NCBI GenBank assembly: GCA_002633005.1
Contig: NMRA01000806.1
Span: forward strand, 1 to 32,921
Length of the DNA stretch: 32,921 nucleotides
DNA from: Phoronis australis
Taxonomy: Eukaryota; Animalia; Phoronida
Direction: 5' to 3'
Shown: positions 1 through 10,090 of the stretch, one piece after another
Layout: each line of letters opens with the position of its first letter
Numbering within the stretch: position 1 is the first letter of the stretch
Position numbers and translations under genes: made by a program
The notes under the pieces: model-generated
Databases searched by the model: none
What the model was told of the DNA's origin: nothing
Seen by the model: the letters and a program-made list of their open reading frames with translations, nothing else

Positions 1-3000
1 TAACCTTAGGTCTTTTGGGAATTTGTGTCCACCTGTCGAAGACTTGCACCAGGGAAATTAGCAGTAATAAGGCTTAACGCGACGACGTATTTTGATAAAA
101 TTTCCATCTTTTACCAGTTGTTTACATGCAGACAGCCACGCATGCGCAATTCAATCACCACTAGTACAGCAGCGCCACCGCGAGGAGAATTCTCCGAATA
201 GCCCCATTGCAGATCCCGCATCTGTAGATACAAAGCACCTCCGAGGTGTTGAGGCCAGGAAAAAGAGCGTCAGTCAGCATTAAATGGAAATAACGGTGGT
301 CACTAAATTATGGACATGTCCAGAAAAGCATGTCAAAATACTCCATTGCACGTTTTGCAAAACTGTTTTTCATTTTTTTCATGATCAAATGATAAACAAC
401 TTTTCAAAAATGGGCTAAAGTTGCGTTGTAGTCACGGGTTTTTCACTCCGGTACCGGCGGTAAATCTGTCGTGGTTTCCAGAGCACTGAGAACCATTGGA
501 AAATATTGAATACCACTTGGCAGTTGAAGAGAGCCAGGTGGCTTTAAACGTCGGGGGAATACTTCAGTGCCGGGGGAGTTCCAGCCAGGAAAGGCTTCGG
601 TTTCTCTTTTTTGCATTGAGTATAATACAAAGATAGGATCAGTCTGTATGGATGTCACACTAAGTAAGTAAGTAGTGATGGTGACAGTGGCATGTACATG
701 AACTCTGAAAATAGTTTGGTACGTCCAGCTCCTTCTGTACCCAAAACTGAATGAATACACTGCATTGCCGTTTCTTTACACGCTACATGTATATCAGATA
801 CAACGGGAAATTGGACATCAGGTTCTCGGCAGACAATACCCTGATAGCAGGCTCATGTCCAACATTCAACTTCCTGTAGTTGAGCGCTCTTTGCCTTTAA
901 TTGTTAGGGCCAGCCTACACTTGCACGTTATTTCATCACATAATATTTGAGGGTTTTTCTTGTCTTTTCCATATCAATGACCAAATGCAAGAGATTCGTG
1001 GGCCAGATTCTGCAAAGATTCGAGCGTCAGTCAGCTACATGTACACCACCTGTAGTGACATCTATTGTGTAAGGTTCTATTTATAATTAATCAATGACCC
1101 TTAGACTCGCCAAACGACAGCCGCAACATACATTGTAATCCAATTTGAGTCACTGGCTTTTTACTACACAATAGAGTAATTAGTGGTTTTCAGGAGTAAC
1201 CTAACATTAGTTTGAGTCTGTGGTCACAAAATAGCATAGTTTGCCTTTTTTCAGTCACAAAATAAACACACGCGCACTTCGCAGAGCTAACACGAGGTAA
1301 GTGGTACAACTTTACTGAGCTCTACATTCGCGGACAGTGGATTCAATAGAAAGCTTCAACTTATACAGTAGCCTCAGGCACACCACACACAAAAAATTTT
1401 CCTTACGGTTCTCTTCAAATTTTAATTACCAAACAGCAACTCTTTATGACATCTATTGAGCCAATGTACATGTATTATTGAGTAGTGGTCTTTACGAAAG
1501 AGACAGGGGCATGAAACTTTCTGAAATTGACGGCTGTTCAATTACAGTTCATCGATTAACTGCAATACCATATAAAAATCTTGAGTGACTTTAAAGCGTC
1601 GACTTACAAGTGCGACAAGAAGTTCTTCTTACGAATCCACTTCACGATTGCTGAAAAAAGTTTTATGTAACTAATCATGAATAACTTACACTACAAAACT
1701 AGTTTATGGAAATTAACTAAGTAACTAATAATTGTTCGTCTATTCTCATTAAGTTGTAATTTTGTTCACGTAAGATTGAATTATGTTTTCGAATTATGGC
1801 GTGAAGCTTAAGACCATTTTTTTACTACAGTCTCAAGACACTTTTCATATAACGGACCGCTGGAATTCCGTTACATCAAACTGATCAGAAATATCTTGTA
1901 ATGCATCAAAAACTGATCCCTACAGCATATGAGATATAACATGTCAGAAAAACATGCTGGCCCTAACTTTGATAAGCATGCGAAGGCAGCAACTACCCAG
2001 TAAGGCAATGCAATTCTCATCCACATAATTCGACGTCCTGTAAACTTGCTTTATGCGAGGAGCTGTCTTGTCCAAGTTCGATTCCCTGATACATATAGAC
2101 GAATTGATTTAACAAAGGTTTCAGAAAATTACAAATACCCTTTGAGCAACAACAGTGCCAATATCTGTTTATTTATTGGGCATTTGTTTCTACGTGGGCC
2201 TTCTTCCAACTTCAGCAACCTCAGCTTCCACTTCGTCCCCCTCCCAGCCCACGGCGACACAGGCAGCAAATTGCTGCCCAGAGTTACTGGCTGGCTCCAA
2301 TACCCGGAACCTTAGCATAAGCTTCTCATGGGTTGTTGAACATACTTGTACACTTGCAACACGAGGAGCGGTGTTCTTCTTCGATGGGGAACCTCCAGGG
2401 CGAGGAACTTTTGGGTGAGTAGCAGGCTTCTGCGAAATGGATCAACAGGAGGTTGAATGAATTTCGATGGGAATCACGCCCTGCAAAGCACGCGCTCCGT
2501 TGGTCTGTCTGGTTTGAATGATTTTCTACCTCGTTGGAGCATCCAGACAGCTCGTCCACGGCGACAACCCTTAGAAAAGCGAGGTGTGAAGCTCCTGAGC
2601 AGCACCAAATTCGTGGCTCAATGACCACTGGCTATTCTGGAGGCTGTCTCAGCCACAGGAGCCAGGAACCGTGGAGAAAGTAGCAGGATAATTAGCATCA
2701 CGGGTCTCGAGATACTTGCGTCTATCATCTCCCTGTTACCCTTCTCACTACCACCACGGCGCTAGCATACAACTTTGCTAAATAGAAGAGGGTTCTGCGC
2801 TCTGTAGTATCCTTGTAAAATTGCAACAAGAAGAGCGGTCGAATGCAGTCATGCACCGTGATACCATGCCTATTTTGAAAGTCAAGTCTAACTCTGTAAA
2901 TATTATCACCAATTCCTCGTGGTAAGGAAGATCCCGGTGTCTTGTGCGGATATTCGCCAACAGATTTGGGACTTTTAGTTGAGTATTCAACTGCAAGGAG

Positions 3001-3381
3001 TAGTAAACTGTTTGTATCTTCAAAAGGATAGGCAGGGGCACTGAAAACGGTACTAAACCCCAACATTCAACTTAAAGGCGAAGGCAAACTTTTTCCATGT
3101 CATTTTGAGCTAAAATAAGGTTGTTGGTTGGTTATCCTAGACATATTTTCCACTTAATTACAGCTTTTCGTAATTTTGTTTATTAATCGTCCGCTACTCC
3201 GGAAGTGACGTTTTAGGAGGCAAGCGTTTCCCGCCACTTGGTTTTGCGTTGACTTTACCGTGCGAATCTGTTCTATTCTACTTTTGTTTTGTGCTATTTT
3301 TCAACAATTGTCGCCACCACTTTCCATCGGCGAGTATTCTGCGGCAAGATAGGTTAGTAGAGAACTCAACTACGTTGGATT

Positions 3382-4046
3382 NNNNNNNNNNNNNNNNNNN
3401 NNNNNNNNNNNNNNNNNNNNNNNNNNNNNNNNNNNNNNNNNNNNNNNNNNNNNNNNNNNNNNNNNNNNNNNNNNNNNNNNNNNNNNNNNNNNNNNNNNNN
3501 NNNNNNNNNNNNNNNNNNNNNNNNNNNNNNNNNNNNNNNNNNNNNNNNNNNNNNNNNNNNNNNNNNNNNNNNNNNNNNNNNNNNNNNNNNNNNNNNNNNN
3601 NNNNNNNNNNNNNNNNNNNNNNNNNNNNNNNNNNNNNNNNNNNNNNNNNNNNNNNNNNNNNNNNNNNNNNNNNNNNNNNNNNNNNNNNNNNNNNNNNNNN
3701 NNNNNNNNNNNNNNNNNNNNNNNNNNNNNNNNNNNNNNNNNNNNNNNNNNNNNNNNNNNNNNNNNNNNNNNNNNNNNNNNNNNNNNNNNNNNNNNNNNNN
3801 NNNNNNNNNNNNNNNNNNNNNNNNNNNNNNNNNNNNNNNNNNNNNNNNNNNNNNNNNNNNNNNNNNNNNNNNNNNNNNNNNNNNNNNNNNNNNNNNNNNN
3901 NNNNNNNNNNNNNNNNNNNNNNNNNNNNNNNNNNNNNNNNNNNNNNNNNNNNNNNNNNNNNNNNNNNNNNNNNNNNNNNNNNNNNNNNNNNNNNNNNNNN
4001 NNNNNNNNNNNNNNNNNNNNNNNNNNNNNNNNNNNNNNNNNNNNNN
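3382..4046. other. Assembly gap (665 N)
   Basis: Run of N. ORFs in the track that span it are artefacts. Confidence 1.
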
Positions 4047-4232
4047 CTTGCCACACACACGGTAATTCTCCACTGCTTTGTACGTTGCGTGGACGGGTAA
4101 CGCTGCGTTCTTCACACGAACGAGCCAAGTACGGCGAAGTGTGTCATCCATCGGAAAGCGATGCAAAGGTACTCCCAAAGCGCGCGTGAACCGATAATTA
4201 GTACATCCTGGTACGCAGCAACAGTGTGGTAT
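4047..4232 (-). pseudogene. THAP zinc-finger domain of the transposon protein (start codon reads ATA; truncated by the gap)
   Basis: Translation IPHCCCVPGCTNYRFTRALGVPLHRFPMDDTLRRTWLVRVKNAALPVHATYKAVENYRVCGK matches the THAP pattern C-x4-C ... HxFP ... W ... vC(xxH). ATA at 4232-4230 sits where the initiator Met is expected. Confidence 0.85.
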
Positions 4233-6010
4233 GTTGACTGACTAGTAAATGAAGGCAAACGACGACGGAACTTAACTCAACCGAGGTAGAACAATGACTG
4301 ACTCGGCAGCTCTCACAGTCAGACTATATGAAAAGAAATTGGCGCGAAATGCTTGCCTCCTAAATGTCACTTCCGGAGTAGCGGACGAGTAATTAATAAA
4401 ATTTCGAAAAGATGTAATTAAGTTGAAAATATGTCTAAGATAACCAACCAACCTTATTTTAGCTCAAAATGACATGGAAAAGGGTTGCCTTCGCCTTTAA
4501 GCTACAAGGTCATCACTCAGGACAACCAAAACGGTATGAAAATAATACTTGTAGCCGCTACATTTTATCACGATCTGTTCACTCCAAGGTCTTCAAAAAC
4601 AGGGACAAAGCCAGCCTTTCTCTGTGATAACCTCATGGAACAATTAAAGAGCCTGTATAAGTTTCACGACCTAGACAGGTAACTTCCTAAATGTACAGAC
4701 AGGCCTAGGTATTGGATAAACCAGTTCCGACGGTCGAACAATGTCCCCACCCAACATGAGAAAATTAGGATTAGTAGCTGCAGTTATATTAAAACAAGAA
4801 CACATAGCACAATGTAACGGGAAAACAAGAGGCTCCGATCAGCCTGTTGTCGAACAAAAGAACAACGAACTGCCTCCTTTGCATAAGAGTGTAATTGAAT
4901 GGTTCACACCGTTCACCATCACTCGGCCGCCGGGAACCATTCACTAAACATACATGCATGTACAGTAATCTGGTCAAAACACAAAGTTGTGTGAACTTTT
5001 CACTCTTAAAACGCGTTTCACTATCCGTGAGAATCTGAAATGAAAACCCAAATCTAAGGCTGGAGAAGAATTGTTCCACTGCAGCCAACGGGGTCACCTT
5101 CGCTGTCTGCTCCTCAACTCGAACACACTACCATCTGCTTTGTAAACTGATCTACCCTAAATAAAACTCATATTGCGTGTGTGCAAGGTTCTCGCCTCTA
5201 GTACAGAAGTTCACTGTCAAACCATACGGAATGTGGGTATGTAAAAAGGTGCTTGTGCCTACTGAGGGAGTTTTTCGGGTGATGGGAAATACTCCGAGAT
5301 GCTACGAGAGAAAAAGCAAGGCCCGGGGCAACACCCCGTACAAACGCTTATTCCATTTTAGTTACGTACAGACAAGCAATGTCAATAGCTGTTATTGTAG
5401 ACTGTGAACTTAAAGTAATTAACTAGAAATATTCAAAAAATATCATTCTGACTCTTCGTTTTCATAGAAAGTTCAGTTATTGTTTCTGTTTTCTGTGTAG
5501 TTCTACTACTAAACGCATTAAGTTGTACTCTGTGGACGTTCGAAGCAGAACAATGTTCAGTGATTGAATCAAAATCTCAATATCTTTGAAAGAGCAGCTC
5601 CTTCAGTTGTTAACCTTGTCTGTCGATTTTGGCACATGGTGGATCAGAGACTATTTTTCATTCCTACAATAACACCGAATGAGTGTTTTTCCGTCAGGCA
5701 CGCTACAGAAAATCCCTAGAAAGATTCAAAGGTTTGGGAAAGTGTTTCAAGTTTTAGCTCTATCACAAATCCAGTACATCTCGGTCTAGTATTGTCTGCA
5801 TGCATCACCTTCAAGAGTTCAAGTGGTACAACGCTGTACTTGCAACAGAGCCACTGAGAATATTCTCGTAAATGCTTCAAATCTAGGATTGGATAACTCC
5901 TCAGCACACCAATCATCCTCTGTGACTCTAGATGCATGCCTGCCTGGTAACTTGGAGAATAGGTTGGCCATTGGTCTCTAGAGACATTACACTATAAAAT
6001 AATCACTTAC

Positions 6011-6436
6011 TTAGAGACAGTGTAGATTGGGTGCAGACGTTTCAACCTGGTCCGCCAGGTCTTTATCAATGAATGAGGGGTTTCCCGCCTTTTGCTGGTT
6101 AAGAAAGTTCGAATACACGGGAAGTAAATGGAAACCTCGGTCCCGGTTCAAGAGAGGGCGCTGAGTGCTGATGTTTATGGACTCTTTTAACTTGCGAGCA
6201 TACCAATTCTGTTCTTTGGCTAAAATCTTGGGTGAAGCAAGGGAGATGGAGTGTCCAGTCGCCAGTATGTGTTCCCCCACAGCTGTTGGTCTGTCTAGTT
6301 TCTGATGTTCTTTGAATCTGGTAAGGAACGGTCGCTTGGTTTCTCCATTGTAGGTGTGGTTGGGATCCTGGTCACATTTCAGCTGGTATATGACCCTACA
6401 TTGTTTTGTCATCGGGGTTGGATCTTTCGACGACAA
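6011..6436 (-). pseudogene. Penelope GIY-YIG endonuclease C-terminal fragment
   Basis: KDPTP..QCRVIYQLKC....YNGETKRPFLTRFKEH...AVGEHILATGH...KILAKE..WYARKLKESI.I....PLLNRDRG is the typical C-terminus of Penelope-like elements. No RT domain is present. Confidence 0.88.
6032..6071 (-). ncRNA. Minimal hammerhead ribozyme motif (Penelope type, U3-A8 variant), copy 1
   Basis: Minus strand reads CA-TTGATAA-A-GACCTGG-CGGA-CCAGGTT-GAAA-CGTC-TG: core, 7-bp stem II with tetraloop, GAAA, palindromic stem III. Confidence 0.7.
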
Positions 6437-6825
6437 AACAATGTGGGGTCATATACCAGCTGAAATGGGACAAGGTTCTCAACCACACCTACATTGGAGA
6501 AACCTAAAGACCGTTCCTTACCAGATTCAAAGAACATCAGAAACTAGACAGAGCAACAGCTGTGGGGGAACACATACTGGCGACTGGACACTCCATCTCC
6601 CTTGCATCATCCGAGATCTTAGCCAAAGAACAGAATTGGTATGCTCGCAATTTAAAAGAGTCCATATACGTCAGCACTCAGCGCCCTCTCTTGAACCGGG
6701 ACTCAGGTCTCCACTTACCTACCATGTATTCGAACATTCTTAGGCGGAAAACTCCTAATTCATTGATAAAGACCTGGCGGACCAGGTTGAAACGTCTGCA
6801 ACCAATCTACAACGTCTCTAAGTAA
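6432..6825 (+). pseudogene. Inverted second copy of the Penelope GIY-YIG fragment (premature stop)
   Basis: KQCGVIYQLKWDKVLNHTYIGET*RPFLTRFKEHQKLDRATAVGEHILATGH..., with an in-frame TAA near 6505. Confidence 0.85.
6761..6800 (+). ncRNA. Minimal hammerhead ribozyme motif (Penelope type, U3-A8 variant), copy 2
   Basis: CATTGATAAAGACCTGGCGGACCAGGTTGAAACGTCTGCA, identical to copy 1. Predicted cleavage after GUC at 6796. Confidence 0.7.
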
Positions 6826-7736
6826 GTGATTATTTTACACTGCAATGCCTGGTAAATTGTTAAATTCCTAAGACGGAATCCATAATTGAAGAGATGAGCT
6901 TTCCATGCATTTCTCCTGCCTCCTTTGTCTTGTAAACAAAAACTTTTTCGAAATATTTTTCAATCAGAAACGCAAGACCCATAAACTTGGTAACAAGTCT
7001 GCGCTCACCTACAATGGCATCCCAATTGTCTCTAAAGTCCTCCAGGTCGCCAAGGAGGCTATTTACATTTTCTACTTAAATGCCATAGCTGGCATCCTTT
7101 GCTTCCAACACTGTTTCCCATGTCGATTGCTATAAGAACTTTCACCCATGAGGAGATCATGACCACACATTCAAACGAGTTCAGGTTATATAGGAGCCTA
7201 GAAAAATGTCCAATTTAGGCCAACTTCGGATCATCGTATCTCAGAAACGGCAGATCGGCTTTATGTGGAAACTTTAAGATACTACGACTTATATACGGTT
7301 CTACAAAACGCTGTTAGGAATTGAGCTTAAAATCTTCCAATTTTCCATGAGAGGCTATTCTCTAAAACGCAGTTAATTATTGTTTTCAAAATGTTCCACT
7401 TGTGCACGAGTGTTATAAAACTAAGACTTTTATGATTCTGTTGAAAAAATCAAAAGCTGCACGAGAGTCTAATCCCAAGCGCACAACTGAAGATTGACAT
7501 TTCCAAACCCAACGTTTCGATTTATTAATAACAAACCATCATGGTCTACCTCGTTGTATAGAAAATCAACTTATACAGGCTTATATCCTAAGTGGGATAG
7601 TTTTGTTCGTAAAAACATATAGTAGGATTGGTTAACACACTTATAAATCGTGCTTTCTAAATATGTAATACATATATTGGATCTGTTTGATCAGAAGTTA
7701 CAGTTCCTTGATTTTTTTGGTTAGAAATGATTATCC

Positions 7737-7999
7737 CATGTGCGTACCAAGCCTAAAATGTGGGGCGCTCCAATTTTTGAGAATGTGACCTTTTACTAAA
7801 AAACGAGATACGTTCACAGCTGTGAATTGTGCATTCGCCAAATTTTGGTAGTTCCTGCCTTTTTTGTTGAAAATCGTCTCGTTTTCCATTTTTTCGGGCT
7901 TTTGCTTCTCTGAGACGGACCTTTCTGTGCACTTCGCCAAATACTAGGCTCTTTCGAGCCTCCCAGCCCCCCCCCCNGCCTCCCAGCCCCCCCCCCCCT
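7737..7999. repeat. Dispersed repeat (non-autonomous DNA transposon fragment ending in a C-run), copy 1
   Basis: Shares collinear blocks with 17797-18048 (TTTTGAGAATGTG, TACGTTCA.AGCT.TGAATTGTGCATTC, GTCTCGTTTTC, TTCTCTGAG...GACCTTTCTG..CACTTCGCCAAAT, poly-C). Confidence 0.7.
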
Positions 8000-9513
8000 G
8001 GTGCGCGCGTGTATCCTAAACTAGTCCTGTGTTGGTAGATTCTAACGCAATAGGAATGTCATTAGACCTTTTACTGACAACCCTGATCAACGAAAACTGT
8101 TTTTTGAATCTACGTTACTTGGGTAACAACAGAACTATTTTAAATAGACAGACGGTCGAAATGTTTAGTTTCGCCTCGTGTTAAATTGTTAACCATATTC
8201 ACGCCTAATAATAGATTGAATTCGCTATCCAAACATCATCGTTGTCTACTTTGCAAAAAGTCATGTAGTATACCAGATTAATTGTAAGGAATTTGTTGTG
8301 AATTCACGTAGAAGTTCACCGATTTTTACAAATCGAAGACCCAACGGTGTGAATTTTTCTTCCTAATAAACATCGTGCACCCTTAATGAAACCTTTTGAA
8401 GTCTAGGTTGTGCGTGAAAAGTAGTTCTAACTTTGAGGGGAAATTTTGGTCCTGGTGAGGAGAATCTCACACACAAATGAAATATTTTTATGGGGGAATG
8501 GGGCCGATATTAGACCGTCAAATCGACGGCCAGGGCTCTGCACATGTAACCCTGCTAACAGCAGAAAATGTTGAAGGCTGACAACACTGATACACAAACA
8601 AGATTTCAAGACGTCAAATAAAGCAACAAAACGATTCGTTGTACGTTTCCATGTGTGCACCCCAAACATCGAAACCAAGATATGCCGACTCATGTCCACA
8701 CGCATATTTCTGCGTATAGTTCACAATCAATCCAGAGCGCTTGAACTTTCCGAATAGGTGGCGCTGTGACAGAGGGTACGTTGCTCGCAGAACTACCCCG
8801 GGTGTCAAATTCTGATGTTCAAATGTTGGAAAACCAATCAGAAAATTAAATTAAAAACTAATTCGAAAGATTCTACAACACAATCATAGAAAATGTCTTG
8901 CATTAAGTAGATCATATGCACACTACACAAGCCTAAACCTCTTGGAGATGAAATAAAAATATATGACAAACAATTATCTTACGCACTCTCTTCATTAACA
9001 CAGTTTTTAAGCATTTTTTCCTTAAGGCGCGATTTTGTTCACTTGTTTTCCCAGTGCTTGCTGGCTTTTAAGATTTTACACAAATCCTGTCCGGATCCGG
9101 ATAATTTCCGTATGTATGTAACCTAAGCAATAAAACTTAATCCAAAACTTTATTCCCAGAGGAAGGTGTACTTCTTGCACGACTATTACACTTATGTTGA
9201 TGTTCGTCGATACACCTTTTTTGCGCAACATGGGCTTTGAACATATCATTGATTGTTATTTCAGGCATCAAAGGCCATCAAAGTATCCCTTCAACGCATC
9301 AGAGTTTATCTAACGCTGAGCGAAAATAGGAATACAAAACTCACGTGATTCGTTAGCTGCGAAATAAAAATACATCTACTAAAAGCAGGATGATCTATGT
9401 TTGGAAATCACGGCAAAACAAAAACACCGTTTGTTCTTTATCGGTTAAGAGACGAGATCACCACCGTCTCTTTTTGTTTATACCTGAGATTTTGGATACT
9501 TTTATGAGGCACA

Positions 9514-9630
9514 TACGTCATACATATAGATATATATATAAGACATCAGTGTAGGCGCCACTTTGAAGTAGACGTCAAAATGGCCGCTCCTAGAACTTTA
9601 TAAACTCAATGAAGAGACGAGGATTTCACT
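9514..9630 (+). promoter_or_regulatory. Core promoter of the neuropeptide gene: CRE-like sites, YY1-like motif, TATA box, Inr
   Basis: TATAAA at 9599-9604. Inr-like TTCACT with A at 9628, 29 nt from the TATA start. ACGTCA at ~9515 and ~9572 (also ~9655 and ~9691). CAAAATGGCCGC at 9576-9587. Confidence 0.65.
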
Positions 9631-9698
9631 GGAGAAAAATGAGAGTAGCTGTTCACGTCAAGATCGCTGGTTCTATGTGCGCAGCAAAGCACGTCACC

Positions 9699-9764
9699 AT
9701 GACTGAGCGCAATCTACTATTTATCGCGCTTGTCGCGGTGTCAATGTGCACATGTGGAAAAGTG
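9699..9764 (+). CDS. Allatostatin-C/somatostatin-family neuropeptide precursor, coding exon 1 (signal peptide)
   Basis: CACCATG context. MTERNLLFIALVAVSMCTCGKV has a hydrophobic core. The donor GTGAGT at 9765 is phase 0 and joins in frame to the exon at 13902 (...GKV|AAANV, a plausible signal cleavage site). In-frame upstream ATGs at 9639 and 9675 could extend the N-terminus. Confidence 0.75.
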
Positions 9765-10090
9765 GTGAGTAGCGTACATGTTGATCAGTAAAAACAGAAA
9801 TTGAACGGAACTAAAATTTACAATTTTATAGTCCCTACAAGACAGAAAACCTGTTACACTCCCACGTTATTCCGGGCGTTGATTGTATGTTAAAGTAACG
9901 GAGATCTCCATATACAACCCGAAGGCGTATATTCACAAATATCATGAGTTTAGGAAACAAAAGTCAAAGTGAAATCCACGCCCAAACGAATATCGGTATG
10001 CTCTCGGGTGCATCGTTGTGTCATAAAATACATCCGGGCAATCCACTTTCAACATTTGTGATTCACTCTGCCCAATGCAACCCATTCTGC

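Larger units (their letters stand above)
3076..4496 (-). mobile_element. Kolobok-like DNA transposon (non-autonomous or deleted) with ~160-bp TIRs and TTAA target-site duplication
   Basis: TTAA at 3072-3075 and 4497-4500. Termini AGGCGAAGGCAA...TTGCCTTCGCCT (RR..YY). Inverted repeats 3076-3236 and 4340-4496. Internal THAP domain. TTAA TSD, RR..YY ends and THAP together fit the Kolobok superfamily. The interior is hidden by the N gap. Confidence 0.8.
5951..6845 (-). mobile_element. 5'-truncated Penelope-like retroelement in inverted (palindromic) arrangement, with TSD
   Basis: Arms ~5985-6410 and ~6432-6850 are reverse complements around a ~21-nt spacer, and both encode a GIY-YIG endonuclease. 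The direct repeat TGCCTGGTAA lies at 5941-5950 and 6846-6855. The left arm has an extra ~35-nt tail (5951-5985). Confidence 0.9.
2700..7190 (-). mobile_element. Decayed Gypsy/Ty3-type LTR retrotransposon pol relic (RNase H end, integrase Zn finger, core and C-terminal region), split by younger insertions
   Basis: Minus-strand fragments occur in pol order: NRHGKQ (~7110-7130, like HRPGKQH), VVPLELLKVMHAD (~5800-5830, like the HHCC region), VDQFTK (~5140-5157), RFGFSFQILTDSETRFKSEKFTQLC..GERCEPFNYTLMQ (~4880-5055, rve core), NPNFLMLGGD (~4745-4775) and GDNIYRVRLD..ITVHDCIRP (~2835-2910). Many stops and frameshifts; no LTRs recognised; boundaries approximate. Confidence 0.7.

Noticed and set aside
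3249-4178. Long ORFs of 252-283 aa in the ORF track
   Set aside because: They run through the N gap. Only the THAP segment 4047-4232 is real.
7958-7998. Tandem GCCTCCCAGCCCCC repeat
   Set aside because: The duplication straddles a single N (7977), so it is a contig-overlap artefact. The same applies at 21594.
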